64,000 nt of DNA from the NCBI GenBank assembly GCA_043729385.1, contig JAYTLO010000077.1, positions 1,305 to 65,304 of the forward strand, written 5' to 3'. Both the position numbers and the translations under genes were made by a program. Under the pieces are notes generated by a model. The model did no database searches and was not told where the DNA came from. It was given only the letters and a program-made list of their open reading frames with translations. This stretch comes from Akkermansiaceae bacterium. GTDB lineage: Bacteria > Verrucomicrobiota > Verrucomicrobiia > Verrucomicrobiales > Akkermansiaceae. Below are positions 39,875-48,794 of this stretch, in pieces (the stretch's first letter is position 1; each line of letters opens with the position of its first letter).

Positions 39875-39934
39875 GATGATCGGACGCTGGAGGTGGGTTA
39901 GATAGGCGGATTCAACGTGACGGGCTGGGTGGGC

Positions 39935-40100
39935 ACAAGGAAAACACCCGCAAGCACCGCCCTCCTACCCGAGCGGGCGGGACGATGTTACAGATCTTGT
40001 GCACTCAGGTGCTTAGCCTTCGGTCGAGGAATGGCTGTTAGGATCAACTCTGGGAAATCGAACCCGCCGTGGTTCTGGAAGTGAAAGGACTCATCTCCCA
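39935..40100 (-). ncRNA. Candidate structured RNA in the Nramp-ThuA intergenic region (family not recognised)
   Basis: Minus strand shows short nested stems (GATC/GATC, AGCC/GGCT, GCAC/GTGC), then a CCGCCC/GGGCGG hairpin and GTTTT. Confidence 0.3.
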
Positions 40101-40143
40101 ACTCCGACAATTCGCATCATTCAAATCATGGAAAAGGCCGGTA

Positions 40144-41475
40144 TCACCGCGCGAGGAGTTCCATAATTTCTATAACTCCGACGATTCCGAATAGAACTAC
40201 GATCAAGCCGAGGACAAGGTTGGTCGCGAGTCGGCTAGAGCGAACAAGAGCAGGAAATTCGATGCGGTTGTTTAGATAAAGCAACGTGGCGGCGAGGAAT
40301 GGAATAAACAGGCTGCCGAGGATGGTGAACGCGATGACGATGACGAGCGGACTGCCGAGAAAGGCGAATGGCACCGACGCAAGCGCCATGAACAGCAACG
40401 CGGCGCGATACGGCGGCGAGCCTTGCCGAGTCGCCGCCATGCGCTCGGCCGTTGGCATCCGGCGCAGAAGGCAGTAACAGTCGGCGAAAACGCTTGGGAT
40501 TGATTGCCAAACACCGACGAGCGAAGCGAGCACCGCAGCCCAGAAGCCGACCGAGTAAATGTAAAACCCAGCGGGACCGGTTAGCTCCGCAAGCGCACCG
40601 GCCATTCGCGAGACCGCTCCACGATCGGTGATGGCGATGCCGGCGGAATGGAACACACGATTGGCGATGAGCATCACGGAGACTCCAAAGACAGCGGTGA
40701 AAAGGTAGGCAGTCGCTAAATCGAGGCGCACCGCGCGCAGGTTGCGCGGGTCCACTTTTCCCTCGTCACGTAACAAATAGTTGTAGCTCAGCAGCGTGAG
40801 CGAGCCGCCGATCCCGCCAATGAGCGACAGCACGTAAGTTCCGCCACCGGGCGGAATCGTCGGGACTAACAGCCCGTGTAGCACCGCCGCTGGCTCCCGG
40901 AATGTGAGCGCGGCACAGGCCACGATGCTGACGAACATCACCACCACTAACGGTTTCATCACCCGCGCGAAAACCCCGGCGTGCGCGGACGCGATGAGCG
41001 CGAACGCCGCAGCCGCTTGGGCAAATCCGCCCCATTTCCTATTCACCGCGCCGCCGGTGATGTTCTCGATCGCCAACCCGCAACCGCTAACCAGTGCGCC
41101 GCTAACAGCCACCGCCCACAGCACCAGATAGCCCGCGAAAAGCACCATCACCCAGCGCGGAAGATGTCGCGCCCAGCCTTCGAGCGCGGTGGAGCCGGTC
41201 GCAAGCTGCCAGCGAGCAAGCCCCTCGCTGAGCACAAATTTAAAAAACGCGCCGAGCACCAGCGCCCACAACAAGGCCAGTCCGTGGTTCGCGCCACCCA
41301 CCGTCGCCGTGATGATGTCACTCGCGCCGATGCCGCTCGTCGCCATGATGATGCCAGGACCAAACCAGCGGAATGCCGGGCGCGGCGCGGGTGAATGGGC
41401 TGGCGGTGAATCCTGCACGCGAGGATTTAAGCACGGTTGCCGGTAGCCTGGGAGTTTATCATCACCCGGTTGCAA
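40144..41475 (-). CDS. Nramp-like divalent metal transporter
   Basis: GPGIIMATSGIGASD and EGLARWQLATG; about 11 TM helices. Start could be GTG at 41418. Confidence 0.85.
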   Translation of the reverse strand: MQPGDDKLPGYRQPCLNPRVQDSPPAHSPAPRPAFRWFGPGIIMATSGIGASDIITATVGGANHGLALLWALVLGAFFKFVLSEGLARWQLATGSTALEGWARHLPRWVMVLFAGYLVLWAVAVSGALVSGCGLAIENITGGAVNRKWGGFAQAAAAFALIASAHAGVFARVMKPLVVVMFVSIVACAALTFREPAAVLHGLLVPTIPPGGGTYVLSLIGGIGGSLTLLSYNYLLRDEGKVDPRNLRAVRLDLATAYLFTAVFGVSVMLIANRVFHSAGIAITDRGAVSRMAGALAELTGPAGFYIYSVGFWAAVLASLVGVWQSIPSVFADCYCLLRRMPTAERMAATRQGSPPYRAALLFMALASVPFAFLGSPLVIVIAFTILGSLFIPFLAATLLYLNNRIEFPALVRSSRLATNLVLGLIVVLFGIVGVIEIMELLAR

Positions 41476-42790
41476 ATTTCGTCCCGCATGCTTCCGGGCT
41501 TCTTATAGCCAGCACCTTGTCCACGCGGGTGCCATCCATATCGATGACTTCAAACGACCACTCACCCGAAGTAATTCTATCAGTCTCCGCAGGCATGCGT
41601 CCGAGTTCCTTCATGAACCATCCTGATAGAGTCTGGTATTCGTCGCCGCCGCCTTCGGGTAGATCGAACTCTTCGAGCTGGGCGGGAAGCTTTTCAATCT
41701 CGTAATGCCCGTCGATCAACCAACTGCCGTCAGCGCGTTGTTGGATCGGCATCGCGAGTTGTTCTTCGAGTGAGGGCACGTCGCCGACAACGGTTTCCAT
41801 CAGGTCGATGAGTGTGACCATGCCCATGACGCTGCCGAACTCGTCGAGGACGAAGGCCGCACGCTGGCCGCTGCTGCGGAATTTTTCCAACAGCACGCTT
41901 GCCTTCTGCATTTCCGGAACAAACAGCGGTGGCTGCATGATCTCCCCGAAGTTGACGGGCTTTCCTGCGGCAAGTTGGCCGTAGATATTCTTGATGGAAA
42001 CAACTCCTATCAGATTGTCCCGGCGCTCTTCGTAAACGGGAAAGACGCCCTGAGTGCTGGCCATCACTTCCGGCCATACCTCGTCGTGTCTGGCGCTCTT
42101 CTCGATCCACACGATTCTCGTCCGTGGGATCATGAGATCGTAGGTGACGAGTTTTTCGAATCCGATCACGCCTTCCATCATCCGGGACTCCACGCGGTTG
42201 ATTGATCCGGTGACCATTCCTTGGCGGACCAGCACCGTGAGTTCCTCACGCGACATGGAATCATCATCGCTCTCGCGGACGCCGAACAATTTCAAAAGCC
42301 TGCCGGTGGACCAGGAAAGCAGACTCACTGCGGGCGATGCCATGGTGGAAATGACCGCCATCGGCGCGGCCATCGCGCTCGCGATGGTTTCTGGAAACTT
42401 CATCGCAAGGCGCTTGGGCACCAGCTCGCCGATGACCAGCGAGAGATACGTTAGAATGCTGATGACGACGAACAGTGAAAGTGATTTGGCATATTCACCG
42501 ACGAAGGGAAGGGGCGCGATGACCTCCGCGAGCGCCTCAGCCACGTTGCCGCTGCCCAAAGCACCGGCGACGATGCCGACCAGCGTGATGCCGATCTGCA
42601 CGGTGGATAGAAACCGGTTTGGAGCCTCGGACAAGCGGAGCGCCCGCGCCGCGCCGGCGCCTCCCTTGTCCGCCATGCTTTGCAACAAGCCTTTGCGCGA
42701 AGAGACGATGGCAATTTCCGTCATGGCGAAAATCCCGTTGGCAACGAGTAGGATCAGGACGAAGGCGATTTCAAAAAATACGGAATTCAT
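41462..42790 (-). CDS. Hemolysin/CNNM (DUF21-CBS-CorC) family membrane protein
   Basis: NGIFAMTEIA, FLSTVQIGIT, GELVPKRLA, DEFG and IDMDGTRVDKV motifs. Confidence 0.93.
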   Translation of the reverse strand: MNSVFFEIAFVLILLVANGIFAMTEIAIVSSRKGLLQSMADKGGAGAARALRLSEAPNRFLSTVQIGITLVGIVAGALGSGNVAEALAEVIAPLPFVGEYAKSLSLFVVISILTYLSLVIGELVPKRLAMKFPETIASAMAAPMAVISTMASPAVSLLSWSTGRLLKLFGVRESDDDSMSREELTVLVRQGMVTGSINRVESRMMEGVIGFEKLVTYDLMIPRTRIVWIEKSARHDEVWPEVMASTQGVFPVYEERRDNLIGVVSIKNIYGQLAAGKPVNFGEIMQPPLFVPEMQKASVLLEKFRSSGQRAAFVLDEFGSVMGMVTLIDLMETVVGDVPSLEEQLAMPIQQRADGSWLIDGHYEIEKLPAQLEEFDLPEGGGDEYQTLSGWFMKELGRMPAETDRITSGEWSFEVIDMDGTRVDKVLAIRSPEACGTKFATG

Positions 42791-43111
42791 GGAGATCTGT
42801 CTGGGACAGCAAGACGCGAGCATTCCACATTTCTCTCAGCTTGTCCAAGCCGCGAGATCCGCCGCCGGGTGCAGGGCAAAAAAGTTAAGGAGCGGCGAAA
42901 CGCGTTCGCCGTGCGGATGAAATGACGATGGAAAAGTCCTTTTGGCCATGCATCGGCCCATCATCCGCGTGGGCGGACACGTTCCGCCCCTCCTTGGGTG
43001 GCCGTTGACGCACCTCTCGATGTCTTGGTGCTTGGATTGTCGCGCTGACCGGTATCGTCTTGGTGCCGACCCATTTCCTGCCGAAGAAAATCTGCGAGCC
43101 TGCTTTCTAAC

Positions 43112-44389
43112 ATGACACCCGAATCCCCGAAATCCTGGCCGCGCGGCTTCTGGAGCTTGATGTTTACCCAGTTCCAGGGCGCGTTCTCCGACAACGCGCT
43201 GCGCTGGCTGGTGATCTTTCCGGTACTCGCCTCGGCGACTGTTAGCGAGGCGGACAAGGAAAACTTCGTCGGTCATTCCTCGCTGTTGTTCGCGGTGCCT
43301 TTTCTATTGTTCGCCACCGTCGGCGGTTGGATGGCGGACCGCTTCAGCAAGCGTTCGGTGATGATCGGCGTGAAGACTGCGGAGATCGGCATCATGCTGT
43401 TTGCCGCGCTGGCATTGAAACTGAACATGCAGTCGCTGCAACTCGCCGCGATCTGCCTGATGGGCGTCCACAGCACCATCTTTGCCCCGGCGAAATACGG
43501 GATCATGCCCGAGGTGCTCCCCACCTCGAAACTCTCCGCTGGCAATGGTGTCCTCGAACTCCTCACCTTCGTCGGCATCATCTTCGGCACCTACGCCGGC
43601 GGCTGGCTGGCGGAAACTCTGGTGGGCAGGGAAATGTGGTCTGGCGTTCTGTTAGCCGCGCTCGCCGTCGTCGGTCTGATGACCAGCATCGGCATCGCCA
43701 AGGTGCCAGCGGGCGATCCTAACAAGAAGTTCAACCCTAACATCATCGGCGAAATCTGGAAGAACTTCGGGGTGATGAAGCAGGACCGCGACCTCTGGCG
43801 GGCGAACTGGGGCAACACCGCGTTCTTCTTCATTTCCATGTTCGCCCAGCTCAATCTCGCGCTCTACGCCCAGAAGGTTTTCCACTTGAGGCCGACCGAG
43901 CAGGCTTCTCTCCAGGCCGCGCTGAGTCTCGGCATCGGCGTGGGTAGCATGGCGGCGGGCAAGCTGTCGCATGGCAGGATCGAATACGGACTTATCCCGG
44001 TGGGAGCCGGGCTGATGGCATTGGCTGGATTCTGCCTCGGCTGGCCGGGGATCGGGCAAGGAGCATTCGCAGGAGCCCTTGGATTGTTAGGGCTTGGCGG
44101 CGGCTTGTTCATCGTGCCCATCGTCTCGGTCCTGCAACACCGCCCGTCGCCGCAAACGAAAGGCGCGGTCCAGGGCGCGGTGAGTTGGCTGTCATGGGTC
44201 GGCATCGCGGTGGCTTCCGTGATGCAGGGGCAGCTCGCCACCACTTTTCATCTCAGCTACGGCCAGATTTTCTGGTTCTGCGGGGGAATCGCCGCGCTGG
44301 CGGGATTGTTCGTCACTTGGACGCGGCCGCGCGCGGTGCCGGACATGTTAGCCCGCTGGCGTGGCCGTGAGCCGGAATCCATTTCCTAA
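43112..44389 (+). CDS. MFS transporter of the LplT/Aas-associated type
   Basis: TQFQGAFSDN, GWMADRFSK, FAPAKYGIMPE and GGLFIVP motifs. Confidence 0.88.
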   Translation: MTPESPKSWPRGFWSLMFTQFQGAFSDNALRWLVIFPVLASATVSEADKENFVGHSSLLFAVPFLLFATVGGWMADRFSKRSVMIGVKTAEIGIMLFAALALKLNMQSLQLAAICLMGVHSTIFAPAKYGIMPEVLPTSKLSAGNGVLELLTFVGIIFGTYAGGWLAETLVGREMWSGVLLAALAVVGLMTSIGIAKVPAGDPNKKFNPNIIGEIWKNFGVMKQDRDLWRANWGNTAFFFISMFAQLNLALYAQKVFHLRPTEQASLQAALSLGIGVGSMAAGKLSHGRIEYGLIPVGAGLMALAGFCLGWPGIGQGAFAGALGLLGLGGGLFIVPIVSVLQHRPSPQTKGAVQGAVSWLSWVGIAVASVMQGQLATTFHLSYGQIFWFCGGIAALAGLFVTWTRPRAVPDMLARWRGREPESIS

Positions 44390-44417
44390 CAATCAGCAGT
44401 ATTGATGAAGATTATTT

Positions 44418-44517
44418 TAACCGCAGATGAACGCAGATAAACGCGGATGGAAGAAGGGATAAGAATCGAGGATTTTAGAATTTTCTGATCTGCGTCCCTC
44501 TGCGTCCGTCTGTGGTT
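44418..44517. repeat. Intergenic inverted repeat with 10-bp periodic arms (GAACGCAGAT type)
   Basis: TAACCGCAGATGAACGCAGATAAACGCGGAT ... ATCTGCGTCCCTCTGCGTCCGTCTGTGGTT. Confidence 0.85.
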
Positions 44518-44547
44518 TAACTTCTCTTTTCTATATTCTCTAACTCT

Positions 44548-45759
44548 ATGCAAGCCGTCGTCATCGACAAGCCTTACACCTTCATCCCGCCGCAGTTTAG
44601 CCGGTTCTGGCACGCGGTGGTGCGGCGGATTCTGCCGCGCCACTTGCGCAAGGAGTATGGCGTCGCCGCCGTGGAATGCATCGGCGCGGAAAAACTGCGA
44701 GCCTCGCTTGCCGCCGGCCATGGGATCATGATCGTGGGCAACCATTGCCGTCCGTGCGACCCGACGGTGCTGGATTCCCTAGCAGCCGAGGCGGGTCGGC
44801 CGTTCCACGTCATTGCGAGTTGGCATGTCTTCATGACGAGCCGGATCCAGCGCTTCCTGCTGCCACGGATGGGCGGCTTCAGCGTTTACCGCGAGGGTAT
44901 GGACCGGGAATCCCTGAAATGCGCCATCAAGACTGTGGCGGACGGCAAGTTCCCGTTAGTCATTTTTGCCGAAGGCATCATCACCCGCTGCAATGACCGC
45001 TTGGTCAATTTCATGGAAGGCCCGGCATTCATGGCGCGGGCGGCGGCGAAGCAGCGCAAAGAAGGCATGGTCGTCATCCACCCGGTGTTCATTCGCTACT
45101 TTTTCGAGGGAAACTTGGGGCAATCCATCATCCCCGTGATCGAGGCGATCGAGCGCCGTTTGTCATGGCAGCCGCAAGTCCAGCTTGCCCCACGCCAGCG
45201 GATTCTGAAGATCGGCGGAGCGTTGTTAGGGCTTAAGGAAATCGAGTATTTCCATGCTCCGCAGCCGGGGAGTTTCCGCGAGCGCTTGTTGCAGTTAGAG
45301 GATCACCTGCTCACCCCCTTGGAAGACCAATGGACGTCTGGCCGCCACGATGGAGATGCGATGGCCCGTGTGAAACGCCTGCGCTCCGCGATCTTACCGG
45401 AGATGGTCACCGGCGAACTAACGGAACCTAACCGCGCCGCCCGTTGGCGCCACCTCGCCGATGTCTATCTGGTCCAGCAACTTCATTGCTACACTGGCGA
45501 CTACATGGAAAATCCCACGCCCGAGCGCATCCTCGAAACAATCGAACGCTACGAAGAAGACCTCACCGATGTCGCCCGCCCGCATTTCCCGATCCGCGCC
45601 GTCATCACCGTCGGCGACGCAATCGAAGCCACTGCCACACGCGACTGTTCGCTCGAAGTGGACCCACTGACCGCCGAAATCCGCCAGCGGATGGAGGAGC
45701 TGCTAGAGTCAACCAAAGCTTGCCGCAAGATCGCACCTACTGGGACTGAAATCTCATGA
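44548..45759 (+). CDS. PlsC-family glycerolipid acyltransferase
   Basis: NHCRPCD (HX4D), FSVYREG and IFAEG motifs. Confidence 0.9.
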   Translation: MQAVVIDKPYTFIPPQFSRFWHAVVRRILPRHLRKEYGVAAVECIGAEKLRASLAAGHGIMIVGNHCRPCDPTVLDSLAAEAGRPFHVIASWHVFMTSRIQRFLLPRMGGFSVYREGMDRESLKCAIKTVADGKFPLVIFAEGIITRCNDRLVNFMEGPAFMARAAAKQRKEGMVVIHPVFIRYFFEGNLGQSIIPVIEAIERRLSWQPQVQLAPRQRILKIGGALLGLKEIEYFHAPQPGSFRERLLQLEDHLLTPLEDQWTSGRHDGDAMARVKRLRSAILPEMVTGELTEPNRAARWRHLADVYLVQQLHCYTGDYMENPTPERILETIERYEEDLTDVARPHFPIRAVITVGDAIEATATRDCSLEVDPLTAEIRQRMEELLESTKACRKIAPTGTEIS

Positions 45760-46388
45760 ACCCCATCTTCCTCCGCATCTCCGTCATCGTGGTGGCGCTT
45801 GTGATCTGGTTCTGGACTCAGAAGCTGATCGCCCGGAAGAGCGGTGAAATGAGTGGCATCGGCGACGCGGTTCACCGTCTAACCGCCGGGTGGCATCTCT
45901 ATTTCACGACCCATGAGAGATCCGCTAACTGGGCACTTGTTGTCAGTTCGCTGTGCATCGACGTACTTGGGATTTCACTGATTGCCATTGCGATTTTCGG
46001 GCCAAGTTTCGCGCCGTTTATCGGCATCATCATCGTCTTCAGCCTACGGCAGATCTCGCAACTCTGCTGCACCTTGCCACCGCCGCCGGGCATCATCTGG
46101 CGCGATCCGGGATTTCCCACTGTGCTTGTGACTTATAATGTCGGCAACGATTTCTTCTTCTCCGGCCACACCGCGCTTGCCGTGTTGGGGGCCATCGAGA
46201 TCTGTCAGATAGGTCCGTGGTGGTTAGGAGCGATCGCGGTCGTCGTCGCTCTCGGCGAGGCGCTGATCGTGCTGGTCCTGCGTGCTCACTACACCTTGGA
46301 CGTGATCGCCGGTGCCTTCGCCGCGTGGTTCGCCGCAGACATGGCAGCGCGGCTCGCGCCGTTTGTGGATGGTTGGTTGAAGACCTAG
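45756..46388 (+). CDS. PAP2-superfamily membrane protein (sphingomyelin/IPC synthase-like motifs)
   Basis: TLPPP, DFFFSGHT and RAHYTLDV motifs; 4-bp overlap with the acyltransferase. Confidence 0.82.
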   Translation: MNPIFLRISVIVVALVIWFWTQKLIARKSGEMSGIGDAVHRLTAGWHLYFTTHERSANWALVVSSLCIDVLGISLIAIAIFGPSFAPFIGIIIVFSLRQISQLCCTLPPPPGIIWRDPGFPTVLVTYNVGNDFFFSGHTALAVLGAIEICQIGPWWLGAIAVVVALGEALIVLVLRAHYTLDVIAGAFAAWFAADMAARLAPFVDGWLKT

Positions 46389-46452
46389 CAGCAATTTTTT
46401 CGCACCTCGCTTCTCGTGCGGAATCTCCTCATATGTCTCGCCGCGCTTCGTA

Positions 46453-47367
46453 TCACCGCCGCGTTGACTTTAAATTCCTCGTCATCGCGAGAATCGCCGG
46501 ATGGGTGAAACGGCGCTCGGCAGTGATCGCGTGAAACTGGGTTTCGACGTCCTTGGTCCGCCCTAGCGAGATGAATCCATATCTCTCGATCGCCTCTGAC
46601 ACCACCACCGTGGGAACCGCGATGAATCCCAACGAACTGGTCGCGACAATTTTCGTTAGAGCGGCATCCTCAAACTCCGCAACCACGCGCGGCTGGATGC
46701 CTGCAGCGAGGAACCACTTCTCTAAGTCGCGCCTCATGCTGCAATTTTGCGTCGGCAACAGCGCCGGAGCACCGTCGAGATTGCGCGGAAACCGCCCCTT
46801 GAGTTGCTTCGCGAGGCCGGGCATGGCGCAAAACGTGATCGAGGAAGAACCTAGCAGATGGTTGAAAACCTTGCCTGAAATCCCCGGTGAGGCTGGCTCG
46901 TCGGACAGGACGACATCAAGCCGATGGGTGCTTAGCTGGGACACCAAGTCATTGAGCTTGCCCTCATGGCAGGTCAAATGCACAGGCGGCTGATGGTCGA
47001 ACACGGGGCGCAGAATTTCGTTACTCATCAGCTTGGGAAATGAGTCCACGATGCCGACTTGCAAGCGCAACGCCCGGACTCCCGGTGCTTGCTTGGTGGC
47101 CCGCAGGATCTCGCTGCCGAGTTCGAAGATTTCCGCCGCGTAGGCGTAAATCAATTGGCCGAATTCCGTCAACTCGAGCGATCGCCCGCTCGGCCGGAAC
47201 AGAGTCTCGCCCAAGCTCGCCTCCAGCAGCTTGATCTGAGTACACATCGACGGCTGCGAGACGCTGAGCTTCTCGGACGCACGCCGCAAGCTGCCTTCCT
47301 TAGCCACGGTCCAGAAGTAGCGGAGATGGTGGAAGTTGAGGTAATCTGTTCCAGTTGAAATTTCCAT
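46453..47367 (-). CDS. LysR-family regulator, NhaR-like
   Basis: LNFHHLRYFWTVAKEGS, VGIVDSFPK, FEDAAL and AITAERRFTHPA resemble NhaR. Confidence 0.88.
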   Translation of the reverse strand: MEISTGTDYLNFHHLRYFWTVAKEGSLRRASEKLSVSQPSMCTQIKLLEASLGETLFRPSGRSLELTEFGQLIYAYAAEIFELGSEILRATKQAPGVRALRLQVGIVDSFPKLMSNEILRPVFDHQPPVHLTCHEGKLNDLVSQLSTHRLDVVLSDEPASPGISGKVFNHLLGSSSITFCAMPGLAKQLKGRFPRNLDGAPALLPTQNCSMRRDLEKWFLAAGIQPRVVAEFEDAALTKIVATSSLGFIAVPTVVVSEAIERYGFISLGRTKDVETQFHAITAERRFTHPAILAMTRNLKSTRR

Positions 47368-47379
47368 TTTCTGGAACAG
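47346..47379. promoter_or_regulatory. Inverted repeats over the LysR start, possible operator
   Basis: CTGTTCCAG/CTGGAACAG (9 bp) and TTCCA-N5-TGGAA (contains T-N11-A) in an AT-rich divergent region. Confidence 0.35.
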
Positions 47380-47449
47380 TTCATGTGATTTTTAGTATTA
47401 TTCAAACCATTTTTGAGTGCCCATGGTTTCGCAGTCAAACCAACCGACC

Positions 47450-47803
47450 ATGAAACTGACCCTCACCCATCGCAATCACGCGCCTTCCACTTCGATCATC
47501 GAGACGCTTGAGAAGGAGTTAAAGTCCCTCGCGCCCAGCCTGCAAATCGACGAGGCACGGGTCCACCTAGAACGCAGTCTCAGCGACAGCCCGCCGTTCA
47601 GCATTTCCTTCCACCTAGTGACCCCGGGGCCGGACGTCATGGCAGAAGCCACCGACCACACGCTCCGGGCTGCCATGCTCAAAGCCTTCGACATTATCCG
47701 AGGAAAGATCGAGCATCGCCACCTCAAGCGCGCCAAACGCAAGACCGATGTCCACGTCACGTCCGCAGCCCGGCGCATTGCACCCACCGATCTCAAACGC
47801 TGA
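47450..47803 (+). CDS. HPF/RaiA (S30AE)-like ribosome-associated protein, divergent
   Basis: MKLTLTHRN...PGPDVMAEATDHTLRAAMLKAFD fits the S30AE fold pattern. Confidence 0.7.
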   Translation: MKLTLTHRNHAPSTSIIETLEKELKSLAPSLQIDEARVHLERSLSDSPPFSISFHLVTPGPDVMAEATDHTLRAAMLKAFDIIRGKIEHRHLKRAKRKTDVHVTSAARRIAPTDLKR

Positions 47804-47839
47804 TTTCCCTTCTCATACCTCTAATCAAATTATCCATTC

Positions 47840-48781
47840 ATGACTGACAATCTCTGGCTCTGGGTCGGCTTCAACGCCTTCATCCTGATCATGCTCGCCC
47901 TCGATCTGGGCGTGTTTCACCGCAAGGCGCACGTCGTCTCCATCAAGGAATCCCTAACCTGGACGGGCATCTGGGTGACGATGGCGCTGATCTTCAACGC
48001 CGGAATTTACCATTTCATGGGATACGACAAGGCGCTGGAGTTCTTCACTGGCTACGTGATTGAGAAGTCGCTGAGCGTGGACAACGTCTTCGTCATCGCG
48101 CTGCTGTTTTCTTACTTCGCCGTGCCCACGCTCTATCAGCATAAGGTGTTGTTCTGGGGCATCCTCGGTGCGCTGGTGATGCGGGCGGCCATGATCGCGC
48201 TTGGGGCCAAGCTGATCACCGAGTTCGCGTGGATCATTTATATTTTCGGTGCCTTCCTGATCCTCACCGGGATCAAGATGATCGTGAAAAATGATGAGGA
48301 AATTCACCCGGAGCGAAATCCTGTGGTGCGGCTATTCAAGCGTTTCATGCCCGTCACCGCGGACTACCGCGCCGACAAGTTCTTCGTCCGGGAAAAAGGC
48401 ATCCTCATGGCCACGCCCTTGTTTGTGGTTCTAATATTAGTCGAGTTCACCGACCTGATCTTCGCCGTGGATTCCATCCCGGCCATCTTCGCGGTGACCA
48501 AGGATCCGTTCATTGTCTATACTTCTAACGTCTTCGCCATCCTCGGTCTGCGTTCGCTCTATTTCGCCCTCTCTGGAGTGCTGGACAAGTTCCACTACCT
48601 CAAGGTTGGCCTCGGTGTGGTGCTCTCATTCGTCGGGGTGAAAATGCTACTGGCCCACTCGCCGTGGAAGATCGATACGCTCATCTCGCTCGGGGTGATC
48701 GTGGCAATCCTCACCACGTCAGTCGTGGCCTCGCTGGTATGGCCGAAGAAGCCCGCGAACCTTGAGAAGCCACTCCCCTGA
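47840..48781 (+). CDS. TerC/Alx-family membrane protein
   Basis: GYVIEKSLSVDN, DLIFAVDSIPA and SNVFAILGLRSLYF motifs. Confidence 0.95.
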   Translation: MTDNLWLWVGFNAFILIMLALDLGVFHRKAHVVSIKESLTWTGIWVTMALIFNAGIYHFMGYDKALEFFTGYVIEKSLSVDNVFVIALLFSYFAVPTLYQHKVLFWGILGALVMRAAMIALGAKLITEFAWIIYIFGAFLILTGIKMIVKNDEEIHPERNPVVRLFKRFMPVTADYRADKFFVREKGILMATPLFVVLILVEFTDLIFAVDSIPAIFAVTKDPFIVYTSNVFAILGLRSLYFALSGVLDKFHYLKVGLGVVLSFVGVKMLLAHSPWKIDTLISLGVIVAILTTSVVASLVWPKKPANLEKPLP

Positions 48782-48794
48782 TTCCCAAGAAACC

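Noticed and set aside
40050-40070. tRNA T-loop-like GGTTCGATT on the minus strand
   Set aside because: I could not build a cloverleaf, acceptor stem or CCA end.
47803-47840. yybP-ykoY Mn2+ riboswitch expected before terC/alx
   Set aside because: Only 36 nt are available and no consensus is seen there or upstream of the HPF-like gene.
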